Assembly: GCA_038087875.1 (NCBI GenBank)
Contig: CM075996.1
Location: forward strand, 8,310,001 to 8,374,000
DNA from: Malacoraja senta
Taxonomy: Eukaryota
Reading direction: 5' to 3'
DNA: 64,000 nucleotides
Program-made: the position numbers and the translations under genes
The notes under the pieces: generated by a model
Database searches by the model: none
Told to the model about the DNA's origin: nothing
Seen by the model: the letters and a program-made list of their open reading frames with translations, nothing else
In this document: positions 14,185 to 27,283 of the stretch, one piece after another
Numbering within the stretch: the first letter of the stretch is position 1
How the letters are laid out: the number at the start of each line of letters is the position of its first letter

Positions 14185-14895
14185 AGAAGGTACACAAAAA
14201 TGCTGGAGAAACTCAGCGGGTGCAGCAGCATCTATGGAGCGAAGGAAATAGGTAACGTTTCGGGCCGAAACCCTTCTTCAGACTGATAGGGGGTGGGGAG
14301 AAGAAAGGAAAAAAGGAAAAGGAGGAGGAGGAGCCCGAGGGCTGGGGGAGGGGAGGAGACAACCAGATGGCTGATGAAGGGGAGGGGATAGCCAGGGCTA
14401 GCAGAATTGGGAGAATTCAACGTTCAGGCCACCAGGATGTAGACTGCCCAAGCGGAATATGAGGTGCATTTCCTCCAATTTACGGTGTTGCTCGCTGTGG
14501 CCATGGAGGAGACCCAGGACAGAGAGGTCAGATACGGAATGGGAGGGGGAGTTGAAGTGCTGAGCCACCGGGAGTTCAGGTTGGTTATTGCGGACCGACC
14601 GGGCAGTCTACATCCTGGTGGCCTGAACGTTGAATTCTCCCAATTCTGCTAGCCCTGGCTGTCCCCTCCCCTTCATCAGCCATCTGGTTGTCTCCTCCCC
14701 TCCCCCAGCCCTCGGGCTCCTCCTCCTCCTTTTCCTTTTTTCCTTTCTTCTCCCCACCCCCTATCAGTCTGAAGAAGGGTTTCGGCCCGAAACGTTACCT
14801 ATTTCCTTCGCTCCATAGATGCTGCTGCACCCGCTGAGTTTCTCCAGCATTTTTGTGTACCTTCGATTTTCCAGCATCTGCAGTTCCTTCTTTAA
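14185..14895. mobile_element. Penelope-like element with inverted pLTRs and 3' tail
   Basis: 264-bp arms 14186-14449 and 14601-14864; GIY-YIG C-terminal coding; 13-bp TSD CAAAAAAATAAAT at 14172-14184 and 14896-14908. Confidence 0.9.
14769..14796 (+). ncRNA. Minimal hammerhead core (UUCG-loop subfamily)
   Basis: CTGAAGA-A-GGGT TTCG GCCC-GAAA-CGTT; mirror copy at 14254-14281 on the minus strand. Confidence 0.7.
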
Positions 14896-15061
14896 CAAAA
14901 AAATAAATGATGGGTCTTTGTCCCAAACATTATGGAGGGCACTGTATGAAGTGAATCATGTTTTTTAAGGTTTGTTGTGACACTTTTCTGTTGGAAGTTA
15001 ATGTTGTGCAGTGGGCTAGGTTGGAAAACCTTTGTTTTATGGATGTTAAATCTGGGCGGTT

Positions 15062-15370
15062 AGGGCGACACGGTGGTGCAGCGGTAAAGTTGCTGCTTTA
15101 CAGTGCCAGAGACCCGGGTTCAATTCTGACTATGGGTGTTGTCTGTACGCAGGTAGTACTTTCTCCCTGTGACCGCGCTTTTTTCCCTAGTGTTCTGGTT
15201 TCCTTCCGCACTCCAAATGTACAGGTTTGTAGGTTAATTTGGCCTTGGTAAAAAATTGAAAATTGTCCCTAGTGTGTAGTATAGTGCTAGTGTACGGAGA
15301 TCACTGGTCGGTGTGAATTCTGCGGGCCATAGTGCCTGTTTCCGAGCTGTATCTCTAAACTAAACAAAAC
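15062..15370 (+). mobile_element. HE1-like SINE
   Basis: A/B boxes, body, tail. Confidence 0.85.
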
Positions 15371-15917
15371 TCAAATGTATGCTTCAATGAGCAAGACAGC
15401 AATGATTTGGACCTTGCCCTCTGTATACATGTACACAGCATATGCAGAAGCTAGTTCAACTGACATTGAGTGATCTGGTTTCTAGATTGAAGGCAATATA
15501 GGTTCAATAGTTTCCCATTAGTTCTATCCCAACTGGAAGCTTTGAAGGTGTGTGGTACAGCATTGTAACGAGGTTAAAAAGGTGTCAGAATAATGCCGGC
15601 TATCTTGCCGGCTATTGATCTGCACTGAGATTGGATCTGTTCTGGAGCAGTTGGTTAATATCATGGTATCACAAAAACAGGCCTTTGGCCATCTTAGGAA
15701 AAGGGTGCTTGAGATAATGAGCTCAATCCCAGCACAACGCTCCTGTCTTACTTACCAACTGGGAACTTGTTTGTTTCAGGCAAATTTGGGAAGGATGCTC
15801 CACATATCTTCACAATTACCGGAGTCAAAGACTTTAGTGAGACTGAAAAAGGCCATGTGTAGTGTTTGGTATTATTCCCTAGATTTTCTGAGAGTTGTCA
15901 TATTAATAATGACTTTG

Positions 15918-16220
15918 AGGACGGCATGGTGATGCAGCGGTAGAGATGCTGCCTGACAGTGCCAGAGACCCAGGTTTAATCCCAACCATGGGTGCTGTCT
16001 GTACCGAGTTTGTATGTTCTCCCCGTGACCGTGTGGGTTCTTCCCAGGTGCTCCCGTTTCCTGACATACTCCAAAGAAGTACAGGTTTATAGGTTAATTG
16101 GCTTTGATAACATTTGTAAATTGTCCCTGGTGTGTAGGATAGGGCTAGAGTATGGGAATCGCAGGTTGGCACAGACTCGGTGGGCCAAAGGGTCTGTTTC
16201 TGTGCTGTATCTCTAAACCT
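15918..16220 (+). mobile_element. HE1-like SINE
   Basis: A/B boxes, body, tail. Confidence 0.85.
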
Positions 16221-17924
16221 TTAGTTATTGAATCTACGCTGCACTTTAGGCACCAGCACGAGGCCACTGAATGAAAGTGGTAAAGGAGAACCTTGCACGA
16301 CTTTATCTGTTGTAGACTGCACGGAGACACTTTAAAAAAATCCACAGTCTCCTTTCTTAATGTAAGCATTGTCCCACCCCACCCCACCCAACCCATTCCC
16401 TGGTTGTTATTAATGGGGAATTGATGATCATTTCATTGACTGTCAAAGCCACATGTTTACACTTTATGGTGTTGGAGCTGGTTGTTAACTTGGTACTTAA
16501 GTGCTGCAAATATAGCTTGCCATTTATCAATCTGTAGCTGAATACTTTCTGGATTTTGTTGCATGCACGCAATAGTATCTTTATTTACTGAGAAGTTGTA
16601 AATGTGTGCAATGTTTGTAAATGTCCCCATTTGGAAAGATGGTCCCAGAATGGAAAAATGGTCATTGAAGAAACTGATGGTGGACCTGGGACACTGCTTC
16701 AAGGAATTCCTACAGTTATGTTCTGGGAGCAAATGGTTGATTCATAAATATATTTCCTTATGGGACATATAACTCTGCACAGGGGGTGTTTCTTTCATAT
16801 TTCCCATTGGCCAGGTTTGTTTGGGCTTCTTATGTCACAAACTCTCAACTTAGTCATGATTGCAAGGGAACCATTCTTATCTTACTTTGGAGTTCAGCTC
16901 TTGTGTTGCAAAACCATCTGATGTAGATTTTAGAGGTCTTGTTGTGAGGGTGACAATGTGTTAACTTTGGTAATGTGAGGGTGGGGGAAATTGCCAATCA
17001 AATGCATCCTGCAGGATGGTCTCATTCAAATTAAAAAGTGAAGTGACTTTGAATAGAGCCTTTAACATTCCTGGTGCATTGAAAAGGACCATGCAGCCAC
17101 GTAGTACATTTGAAGTGTCGTCACTGTCATTGGTAATCCAGTACAACTGTTATTTTGCAAATCTCATCCATGGCAAACAATGGCTGTGAAGTTTAATCGC
17201 TGATGCGCACGATGGGAATCTATGACAGCGATGATTAATGTTGCAGGGTTTCATGCGTATAGCCGGGAACCATTGTTTTAGTGGATCTTGCTCAGTTGTT
17301 GCATGCTGGTCTTGTTAAGGGCTGCCAGTTAATTCTGTCATGATTTATTTGCATGGGAGCCTTGGGGTTGATGCTACATTATTGGAAATCCTCTGCAGAT
17401 GGTTGTTGAAGAATTTGTACAGATAAATCTTCTTTTCCTGCCATGCCGTCATTTCCATTCAAGATTTGGTCTTCCAATCCACCAAGCTGCACTTTTAAGC
17501 AGCACATTAAAGTGCCCGCCATGGTCCTAAAACCATAAAGAAGCTAGGATCACTACATTGTAGATCTTTAGAGGTGGCACATGCTCAATATTTGAGTATT
17601 GTTCATAGTTGGCTTGCTTAATTCCTTGCCCAGGGAACCTGCAGTGAAGATGGCACTGCCCCAATACAGATCTACATTCTTCAATTATCAATGTCAAATT
17701 AGGCATAGGGATATCAGTCCCGGATATCAACCAGGTAAGGGTCCTAGCCCAAAACATCAACTATCCAGTCTGAAGAACAAATCCATTTGGAGCCTTTTAT
17801 CCAGGGTGGAGGAAAGGAATAGGTGATGTTTTGGGTCGGATCCCAAGGGTTCTGACCCGAAACATCACCTATTCCTTTTCTGCGGAGATGCTGCCTGACA
17901 CACTGTGTTACTCCAGCATTTTGT

Positions 17925-18280
17925 CATAGTCATAGAGTGATACAGCATGGAAACAGACCCTTTGCCCACCTTTCCCACACTGGCCAACATGTCCCAGCTA
18001 CACTAGTCCCACCTGCCTGCGTTTGGCCCATATCCCCTCCAAACTTGTCCTATCCATGTACCTGTTTAACTGTTTCTTAAACATTGGAATAGTCTCTGCC
18101 TCAACTACCTCCTCTAGCAGCTTGTTTTCCATACACCCATCACCCTTTGTGTGAAAAAGTTATCTCTCAGATTCCTATTAAATCTTTTTCCATTCAACTT
18201 AAGCCTATGTTCTTTGGTCCTCGGTTCACCTACTCTGGGCAAGAGACTCTGTGCATCTACCTGATCTATTCCTCTCATGA
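17925..18280 (-). mobile_element. CR1 3' fragment
   Basis: Homologous to 9955-10292; ..NFFTQRVMGVW.. Confidence 0.85.
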
Positions 18281-18507
18281 ATTGATACACGATTATAGAC
18301 ATGATTTTGTGTCTATCTTCGGTATAAACCAGCATCTGCAGTTCCTTCCTATGCATTTTGTCAACTGTTAATTTTCTCTGCAAATGCCGCCTGATCCGCT
18401 GGGTTGCTCCAGCACTTTGTGTGTTGCTTGAGATTCTAGCACCTGCAGTTCCTTGTGTCTCCATAAGGAATTTCAGAACAAGGTGCACGTTGGAGCAAGA
18501 ATTCTTA

Positions 18508-18832
18508 AAGCCCTGTCCCACTGTACGAGTTCATTCAAGAGCTCTCCCGAGTTTAAAAATAAAATCAAACTCGTGGAAGCACGTAGAATGTACGTAGCGG
18601 GTACGTCGGAGCTCGGGGACGTCTCTTAGCGGCTCGTAACGCTAACGGCAGGTACTCGGGAAACGCGGTAAGCTCGAGAAGACTCGTGAAGATTTTTCAA
18701 CATGTTGAAAAATGTCCACGAGAGCCCCGAGTACCTACGAGCGGCCATTACCGTAAATCTCCGAGTTCGAATCAAGGCAAACTCGGGAGAACTGTTGAAT
18801 GAACTCAAGAGTTCTACAGTGGGACAGGGCCA
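18508..18832. mobile_element. PIF/Harbinger-like MITE (family A)
   Basis: TIR GCCCTGTCCCACTGTA..TACAGTGGGACAGGGC; TTA/TAA flanks; inverted homolog of 31848-32177. Confidence 0.8.
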
Positions 18833-18903
18833 TAACTGAGATTGAAGGTGAAAGAGCTGAGATATTTTCAAAAACCATCAGAAGTTATCATGGTGCTGTG
18901 GGC

Positions 18904-19590
18904 CGGGGACGGAAAACCCGGGGGGGGGGGGGGGTGGCGCCAGAGTGGACAAGTCCCCTCCATGTTTTGAGAGGTGGGGGACATCCCCCTCAGGTTTTTG
19001 TGATCCGGATTTTAAAATCTCTGCTTTCCGCGAGACAGTGGGGGTGGGACTGATGATCGAGGGCGCTGATTGGACGAGAGAGACGTCGGTCAGCAGGCAA
19101 TGGGGGCGGGACATGATTCAGCGCGATGATTGGAGGAGGGAGACGTGGGCGCTTCATCCGCAGGCAGGATCGATCCCGGCCGGCTCTCCGGAGCTGTCCC
19201 TGTCCCCACCCGAGTGCTCCCCCCCCCTCCCACGGGTGGCTGGAGAAGTCGGGAGCAAAGATCCTCCGCTATAGGATCTTTGGTCGGCAGTCAGACGGGC
19301 CAGCGCAGAGAAACAGCGCTAAACCCAGCTAACTCTGCCTGTCCCGCCAGGTGAGCTTACAACCCTTCCTGGACTTGTGGGAAATATGGCCAGCGCGGTG
19401 AAGCAGCGCTGGTATCCCATCGGTCCAGACAGGGCTGTAGTTAACCCGGTGAAGACAGGCAGTTGAGCTGCATTTAGCGCTGGATTGAGCCTCCGAAGCC
19501 TCGCGCGTGTGTGAGTGTGCGCATGCGCGCGTGGCCGCCAAAAAATTGTGTCCTGTCCCCTCCATGTTTTTATAGCGAGTTCCGCTCTTG
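18904..19590. mobile_element. Non-autonomous hAT-like element
   Basis: Perfect 8-bp TSD CTGTGGGC (18896-18903, 19591-19598); imperfect TIR; GTCCCCTCCATGTTTT near both ends. Confidence 0.75.
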
Positions 19591-20356
19591 CTGTGGGCCA
19601 TCAGGGCCCATGTGGGCTACAATCTGCAGAGTGACTCCACAAGAAATCTCTAGTGTATTGGACTTGGTTTTGGGTATTCAAAGATCAAAGAGCGTTGAAA
19701 CACAAACAGATTTATTTCCCTTGATTCAAGTCCGTTATGACATGACTATGGGAAAACATAAAGAACAAGTTGAACAGAATAGGGGCAAGTCTGCAACATC
19801 TCTTCACTCCATTTAACATTTCAAATGCACCAGACTCATCTTCTTTGGGGAGCATTGAAAAGCTGTTGATGTTGGAAATCTGATAGAAAAACAAAGTTCT
19901 GAAAATGCTCAGCAGATCTGGCAGTATTTGGAGAGAGAGAGAAGTAGTTCATGTTTCGGGTCGCTGACCCTTCAATGGAACTGAAAACATCGAGAAAACA
20001 AAAACCCCGGTAAATAGAGACACAAGACTGCAGATGCTGGAATCTTGAGCAAAAAAACAAACTGGCGGAGGAGCTCGGAGGGTCAGTCAGCATCTGTGGA
20101 GGGAAACGGACAGACAATGTTTCAGGTCAGGACAGTACCTCAATACTTTGGAGAGTACTATCATGCTTGTTCAAAATGAATAACTTTCACAAATGTTTTT
20201 TTCGATAGCCCAGTTTATGTAGAGGAACCCACGGAATTTCTGTTGTGCACGCCAGATGCACATGTGACAAAGTGGTAATGATCAGGTAATCAGGCTAATT
20301 ATGCAGAGAATGGAGGGAGATGGATCATCATCTACAGGCAGAGGATATTAACTTGG

Positions 20357-20640
20357 CTGTAGGAACTGCAGATGCTGGTTTGTACCAACAATAGACTCAA
20401 CATGCTGGAGTAGGCGGGTCAGGTAGCATATCTGGAGAAAAGGATACCTCAGCGGGTCAGGTAGCATATCTGGAGAAAAGGAATAGGTGACATTTCAGGT
20501 CGGAACCCTTCTGCAGACTAGAAGTCTGAACAGATTCTCCAATCTGAAGAAGGGTTCCGACCTGAAAAGTCATCCTTTTTTTCTCTCTCCAGAGATACTG
20601 CCTGACCTGCTGAGTTACTCCAGCATTTTATGTCTATCTT
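20357..20640. mobile_element. Inverted pLTR pair (Penelope-derived)
   Basis: Minus and plus units; imperfect flanking repeat GATATTAA(C/T)(T/A)TGGC. Confidence 0.75.
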
Positions 20641-21280
20641 TGATATTAATATGGCATCATGTTCGGCACAGATGTTGTAGGCCTAACTGCCTGCTCTAAG
20701 CTATACTCTTCCATGTTCTATGTTCTCAGCTGGTTGGACACAAGAAGAATTCACTTGATTACCTTTGAATTAACTCCATGTTTTTTTTGCATTCACTTAT
20801 GGAGGCCTCTGTTTAATATCTGAACTGAACGATGACCCTCCTGACAATGATGTTGCTTTCTGTGCGTGGAGTATGGCAAACTATAGATCTTGGCTTTATG
20901 CTGGGCCTTGCCTTGGCATGTCTGTGTTTGTTAGAGGACAGTGCCTCACTCTTGGGTCTCATTTGCAGCCTCCTGTGGTAACAAGCTTGGACTGGCGCTC
21001 ACTTTAAATGCAGATCAGCAGTGTACCTTGTGCTCTGCACACCCACACGCTAGAAGCGGATGAGTCATGGTATTTGGTTTTATTGGTGAGTGAATGAGGA
21101 CGTTGTGATTCCCAACATGGTGGAAGAAATGCTGCACTGAAAGGAAAGGCTGGGGCTAAGGTTGAGAGGGCAGGATCGCATTGAGGTAGGGATCAGGCAT
21201 AAAGGTGTGCTGCTATCGGGGAGGGTGGGACCCAGAATCGCAGCCTAGAATCAAGTAGGAGATAAACTGCAGATGCTTTG

Positions 21281-21555
21281 AGGGCCTGTCTCACATGTGA
21301 TTTTTTTTTGGCGACTTGCCAGCATAGTTGCAGCAGGTCGCCGAAAATTTTAAAAATGTTGAAAATCCAGCGGCGACCAGAAAAAGGTACAACTCTTTGG
21401 GCGACTACTCACGACTAAACAGGTGTCACGTGTCGACATGTCGCGGGGGTGATGTCTGTATGGTCGTGAGTAGTGGCGCAAAGAGTCGTACCTTTTTCTC
21501 GTCACCGCTGGATTCTCAACATTTTGAGAATTTTCAGCGACCTGCTGCGACCTGA
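21281..21555. mobile_element. Truncated Harbinger-like MITE (family B)
   Basis: AGGGCCTGTCTCAC start; internally palindromic; homologous to 47874-48200. Confidence 0.7.
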
Positions 21556-21569
21556 TTATCATACTCAGA

Positions 21570-22463
21570 AATTAGCATCTTGTTCCCTATTGCTTTTCCA
21601 TTGACTTAACACAAAAGCTGTGATCGAGGACAGTTAAAAGCCCATAACTTTCTTAAAAATTATGGTAACTGAAAGAAATTTTCAGGTATTATAGATTGAA
21701 GCATTCTGAAACAAATATGAAACAATCTTACTTCGAAGACATGAAAGTAAAGCATATAATTAGTTAGTTACCTAATTGTAGCTAATTACAAAATTCAATT
21801 ACTAGATCTAAACATCTATCAATTTCTTAAGAATAGATTAACATTTTTAAATAGCCTAAGTGTCCAAATAACATTCACACAATAATTCACAATATAACAT
21901 AATTTTTAAATCTAATTTTCATGAATTTACAGGCCAAATGGAAGGAATTGAATGTTTAATACCTGTAAATTAATGGGCATTTAAATCATCTTGCGAGTGA
22001 GAATTTCTGGAACGCGATCTTTTGGAACGTTCATTTGCGGTGAATTTAACCCCGTATTGGCATGAAAAATACTGCCGTTAATTCGGGGAATAAAATCACC
22101 GTGTCGCATGACAAAATGTGAATTAAAGGCTTCTTAAGAAGCACTTTTATACATTTAAAGAAAGCACTCGTTTACCTATCCATTGTGTGAAATCCGTCCC
22201 CGTTATTGGCGTTGACGCTTCAGGAGCTGCTTTTAAAATGACTGTAGCGCTGACATTGACGATTTAATTTTAAAAAAAAATTCCCAAAAAGCCGGTAGGA
22301 ACGATTTTGTCAGCGAAGTTTTGTACTCCAACAAAATATTTCCAGGACAGGGAAGGAGAAACCGCGTTTTAACCCCGCCCCCCCCTTAAAGGCGCCAAAA
22401 TCGCGCACACGGCCAGTGGCAGAATTACAGCGCGACTGAAGGTAAGTTTTGTAACATACCTAC
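21570..22463. mobile_element. Unclassified repeat, probably a DNA-transposon fragment
   Basis: Compositionally distinct block (AT-rich then CpG-rich) ending ...TTTTGTAACATACCTA; no class diagnosed. Confidence 0.35.
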
Positions 22464-23299
22464 TTTATGCTGCTTGGATGGAGGCAAAGGACTCCATGGT
22501 ACTATTCAAAGAACAGCAGCAACGTTCTCCCTGGTGTAAAAGCTAATATTTATTCCTTAACTCACATCACATAAAATAAATCAGATGGTCTGGTTTTTCA
22601 TCTTATGATGGATTACTTTGGGCAAATTAGCTGCTGCTTTGCAACAATGATTGCAAGTCAATAATGTTTCAGTGATGATAAAATGGAGACCTGACTGCAG
22701 GTGCTAGAATCTTGAACAAACAACAAAGTGCTGGAGGAACCTAGCCAGGCCAGGCAGCATCTGTGGAAGGTGATGTGCAGATGCTGGTTCGGGTTGAGAT
22801 CCTCCATCCCGAAAGGGTCCCGACCCGAATCCTATTGCATTTAATCTCCTGATGTGGCTTCTACATTAGCGAGACCAAGCATAGACTAGTTGAGGCAGAT
22901 TCCCAGTTACTAACCAGTTTAACTACCCTTCCCTTCCCACTTCGAACTTTTTGTCCTTGGCCTCCTCCATTGCCAGAGTGAGGTTACTTGCAAACTGAAG
23001 GAACCTCCGCTTGGGTAGTTTACACACCATTGGTATGAACAATGAATTCTTCTGTTTCAAGTAATGCCCCTCTACCGTCCCTCTCTTTTCCTTTTCCCAC
23101 GCACGCCGTCATCCCAGTGCGCTCACATTTTCCCCACCATCACCCACTACCCCAGTCACCTCGCTCCTTTCCCCTGCTCCATACGCTCATTCCCCTCCCA
23201 TCCCTGGGTTCCCCATTTCTTTTTTATGCCCCAAAATTTGACAAAATTGCTGGCTTTCTTCAAGGATAGAACAAGCAGAGTGCAAAAAGAGCAATGCTT

Positions 23300-24090
23300 T
23301 TGGATTTCCAGAAGGCATTCTAGTTACGGCATTAGACATTAATATACAAATGAAGAGTTCCTGGCATTGGCAGTAATATATTAGCATAAATAAAATATTG
23401 GCAAAGAAAACAGCAGAGATTTCATGTCAGCAAGGTTGTATCACTGGGATCTGTGCTGGGGCTTCAACCATTTACAATTTACATTAATAACTTGGATGAA
23501 GGGACTGAGTACATTATAGCCAGATTTTCTGATGGTACAAAAATAAATGTGAAAGTAATGAAGAAGATAGGGGTAATCCTAGGGGGGAAGTTTGAGCCAG
23601 TTTTCCTATTTCCAATGGCATCGGAGACAAGGCTGAGACTGGTTAACGTATGATGAGCGTTCGATGGCACTGGGCCTGCACTCGCTGGAGTTTACAATGA
23701 TGAGGGGGGGCCTCATTAAAACTTACCGAATAGTGAAAGGCATAGATAGAGTGGATGTGGAGAGGATGTTTCCACTAGTGGGAGAGTCTAGGAACAGAAT
23801 CCATAGCCTCAGAATAAAGGGACATACCTTTACGAAGGAGATGAGGAGGAATTTCTTTAATCAGAGGGTAGTGAATCTGTGGAATTCATTGCCACAGACG
23901 GCTGTGGAGGCCATTGGGTATTTTTAAGGCGGAGATTTACAGATTCTTGATTAGTCAGGGTGTCAGGAGTTATGGACAGAATGCAGGAGAATGGGCTTGA
24001 GAGGGAGAGATAGATCAGTCATGATTGAAAGGCAGAGAAGACTTGATGGGCCGAATGGCCTGATTCTACTCCTAGACCGTATGAAGTTAT
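23300..24090 (+). mobile_element. CR1 ORF2 fragments and 3' end
   Basis: LGLQPFTIYINNLD..ARFSDGTK (decayed RT) and ..RNFFNQRVVNLWNSLP. Confidence 0.8.
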
Positions 24091-24719
24091 ACTGGAGCTG
24101 AAGCCAAGATTTGCCATGAAACAGCATGGAGCCAGGATCTTCGATCCACCAAGTTCATGCCAACCATCAACTACTTATTTACACCAATCTAATTTTTTAT
24201 GCCCCCCCCCCCCCCCACACCACTTTATCAGCTGGCATCTAATTTTAGCAATTATGGGGAGCAATTTACAGTGGCCGGTTAATCTCCCATCCCGCATGCT
24301 TTTGGGATATAGGAGAAGCCGGAGCACCCAGGAAATCCCCATGCAGTCACAGATAGAATTATGCAGACTTCATGCGGGCAGCACCTGAGTGAACTTGGGA
24401 TGCTGGCACTGAAAGGCGATGGCTCTACTAGCTGCGCAAATGTAATGCTTGGTCCCCCAATCATACTTGACGACCCCTCCCTTGGTTCCCCATCATTCTC
24501 GACGGCACCCAGCAGTTCTGCTCCCAGCAGTATGGTCCCATTTATCTGAGTTTAATCGCAGTATTAATGCATTGTAGAGCAGGCTACAGGGGCCATATTA
24601 ACCTCCGGTCTCGGTTATTATGCTGCGTTTGCAGTGAGTTGTGGGAAGTGTAGCCACCATGTTGCTCAAAATGGACACCATGTCGGAGGGATGACCGCTT
24701 CTGTGCTCAGAGAAGCTGC

Positions 24720-25310
24720 TCAATGCTGAGTCACCAGGTGGAAAGAGGCCAAATAAGCCACACCTTAAATTCCCCTGGCACAGGAAGGGTGAGGAGGCTG
24801 CTCACTTCCAGACATGATTTAGGCCTGCGGTTGCCATAGAAACAGCTGCACTGACACCAAAGGTTTTGGATGGAGTGTTGTTTCACTGCAGCCCCCAAGG
24901 GGAGGCAGCTTGTGGTCTGCCTAAACTCATAGCTCCTGGGTTTTGCCATTGCTCTGGCAAGACTGAGCTGTGCAGCCATGCTTGTGTATATATAAACAGA
25001 CACACACAGACACGGTACTGCTCCTCACGTTGATGTGATGGTTGAGAAATGGAAGGGAGGCTTTTGGATTCTGTTCTGGGCTTTGTTGCCATAGTGATGT
25101 GGTGTTCAGATTGAGTTGTCCACTCTCTTTTTAAAATGTTATGTCAGAGCTGCGAGTCCAGTTTGGGCTGTTTTTCCTGACTATTTCTGGAGCATAGACT
25201 CTGCCCTACGAGCTCTTTCATTGCAGCCAGCTGTTCGATCACGGAGGGGCCTTGCTGGGGCAGACTGAGTTTGCAGTTTGATTTGCTTCCTTTGTAAACA
25301 GGCCAGAAAC
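24720..25310. promoter_or_regulatory. Candidate enhancer or promoter with RFX X-box-like, forkhead, AP-1 and E-box motifs
   Basis: GTTGCCATAGAAAC 24830-24843, GTTGCCATAGTGAT 25085-25098, TGTAAACA 25293-25300, TGAGTCA 24727-24733, TATATATAAA 24987-24996, all in a TE-free block. Confidence 0.35.
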
Positions 25311-25611
25311 TGCAGCAGCATTTAACTCTGGTTGGCAAGTGTCTCCTACACAGCTGGCATTAGATGTACACAACCTGGTGTACTTTGCAGTTTACATTGG
25401 AGTCGTGGTCCCACCAACCCAGTTTCAAAACTTCTATCGTAGAAATAAAAAGGGCTTCCGAACAGTTGTACATCGAAAGCTATGTCAGCTGCTGTGGTAA
25501 CATGATCATTCTGGTATGACACTGAATCATTCACATGGGGATAATCTCAGATGAATTCCCTGGTTTGATCTGAATTTGGTGATCTCAGACAGGGATTGCA
25601 GCCTAAACATG

Positions 25612-25910
25612 AGGCGGCGCGGTGGTGCCTTACAGCGCCAGAGACCTGGTTCGATCCTGACTACGGGGGTGTTGTCTGTACGGAATTAGTACGTTCTCCT
25701 CGTAACTGCTTGCGTTTTCTCTGGGTTCCTTCCACACTCCAAATCCATACAGGTTTATAGGGTAATTGGCTTTGGTAAAATTATAAATTGTCCCCAGTGT
25801 GTTGAATGGTGGTTGTGTGTGGGGATTGCTGGTCGGAGCAGACTGCCAGTTAGCGTGGACTTGGTGGGCTGAAGGGCCTATTTCTGTGCTGTTTCTCTAA
25901 ACTAAACTGA
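25612..25910 (+). mobile_element. HE1-like SINE
   Basis: Head, body, tail. Confidence 0.8.
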
Positions 25911-25932
25911 ATGTGAGAGATGGACACAAAAT

Positions 25933-26220
25933 GTTTAAGAATAAGGGATAAGCCATTTAGAACGGAGATGAGGAAACACTTTTTCACACAGAGAGTTGTA
26001 AGTCTGTGGAATTCTCTGTCTCAGAGGGCGGTGGAGGCGGTTCTCTGGACACTTTCAAAAGAGATGCTAGATAGGGCTCTTAAAGATAGCGGAGTCAGGG
26101 GATATGGGGAGAAGGCAGGAACGGGGTACTGATTGGGGATGATCAGCCATGATCACATTGAATGGCGGTGCTGGCTCGAAGAGCTGAATGGCCTACTCCT
26201 GCACCTTTTGTCTATTGTCT
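25933..26220 (+). mobile_element. Young CR1 3' fragment
   Basis: ..HFFTQRVVSLWNSL..YGEKAGTGY*; inserted into a pLTR unit. Confidence 0.85.
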
Positions 26221-26977
26221 AAATGCTGGAGTAACTCAGTAGGACAGGCAGCATCTCTGGAGAGAAGGAATGGGTGACTTCAGGTTGAGACCCTTCTAAA
26301 TGTCAGAGATTCCATGCTGGTGGTATAAATTAGTACGGTCACCTTGAGTACACCAATTGCTGTCTGGCAGTCCTGTTGTAGTGTAGGCATCAGGCCAGGG
26401 CAGTCACTTCCAGTTGCCTGTCACGTTAATTCCCCATTCCACTTCCACTCTGACCCCTGCCTTCAGCCTCGTACATTGCTCCAACAATGGCCTATGTACG
26501 TTCAAGGAACTATACTTCATCTGTCTGGGCACATTGCAGACCTTTGTACATATTGCTGAATTCGGCAATTTCAGGTAATTGCCCTTCTTTCCCTCCGCAG
26601 CTGTAGCTAAACGTCTTCATTTCTATTTTTTCCCCTCGTCTCCTAACTGCTGGCTTTTAAAGTAGTTGTTACCTTGACAACTTAGGTCTGCACCTTATCA
26701 GACACAATCCCTCTTTCTCTCCACCCCCCTCCCCCCCTCTGCAATTTAAAGCAGGCTTGTTTTCTCACTTTTCCAGTTCTGGTGAAGGGTCCTGACCTGA
26801 AATGCTGATTCTGTTTCTTTCCCGGGATACTGCCAGTCCTGCTGAGTGCGTCCAGCATTTCTGCGTTTGTTTAATCTACGATAGCCAGGAGAGCTCTCTT
26901 AACGTCCTTTCATGATGAAACATTGGAATAGTTGAAAGCATTCCGTCCCTCGTGCCTGCTTTGCGAGGTATTTAGAT

Positions 26978-27283
26978 TGTGACCCGGTGGTGCAGCGGTA
27001 GAGCTGCTGCCTTACAGCACCAGAGACCGGGTTCCATCTTGACTACGGGTGGTGCCCTGTACGGAGCTTGTACATTCTCCTCGTGACCTTTGTGGGTTTT
27101 CTCCGCGATCTCCAGTTTCCTCCAACATTCCAAAGACGTATAGGTTTGTAGATGAATTGGATTCAGTAAAATTGTAAACTGTCCCTCGTGCGTGTAGGAT
27201 AGTCTCAGTGCCTGGGGGATCGCTGGTCGACGCGGAGTCAACCGAAGGGCCTGTTTTTGCTCTGTATCTTAAACTAAACTAAA
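26978..27283 (+). mobile_element. HE1-like SINE
   Basis: Head, body, (TAAAC)n tail. Confidence 0.8.

Larger units (their letters stand above)
14040..14944. mobile_element. Tc1/mariner-like element end, interrupted by a Penelope insertion
   Basis: Ends ...GTCCCAAACATTATGGAGGGCACTG|TA, a Tc1-type TIR plus TA; left boundary approximate. Confidence 0.6.
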
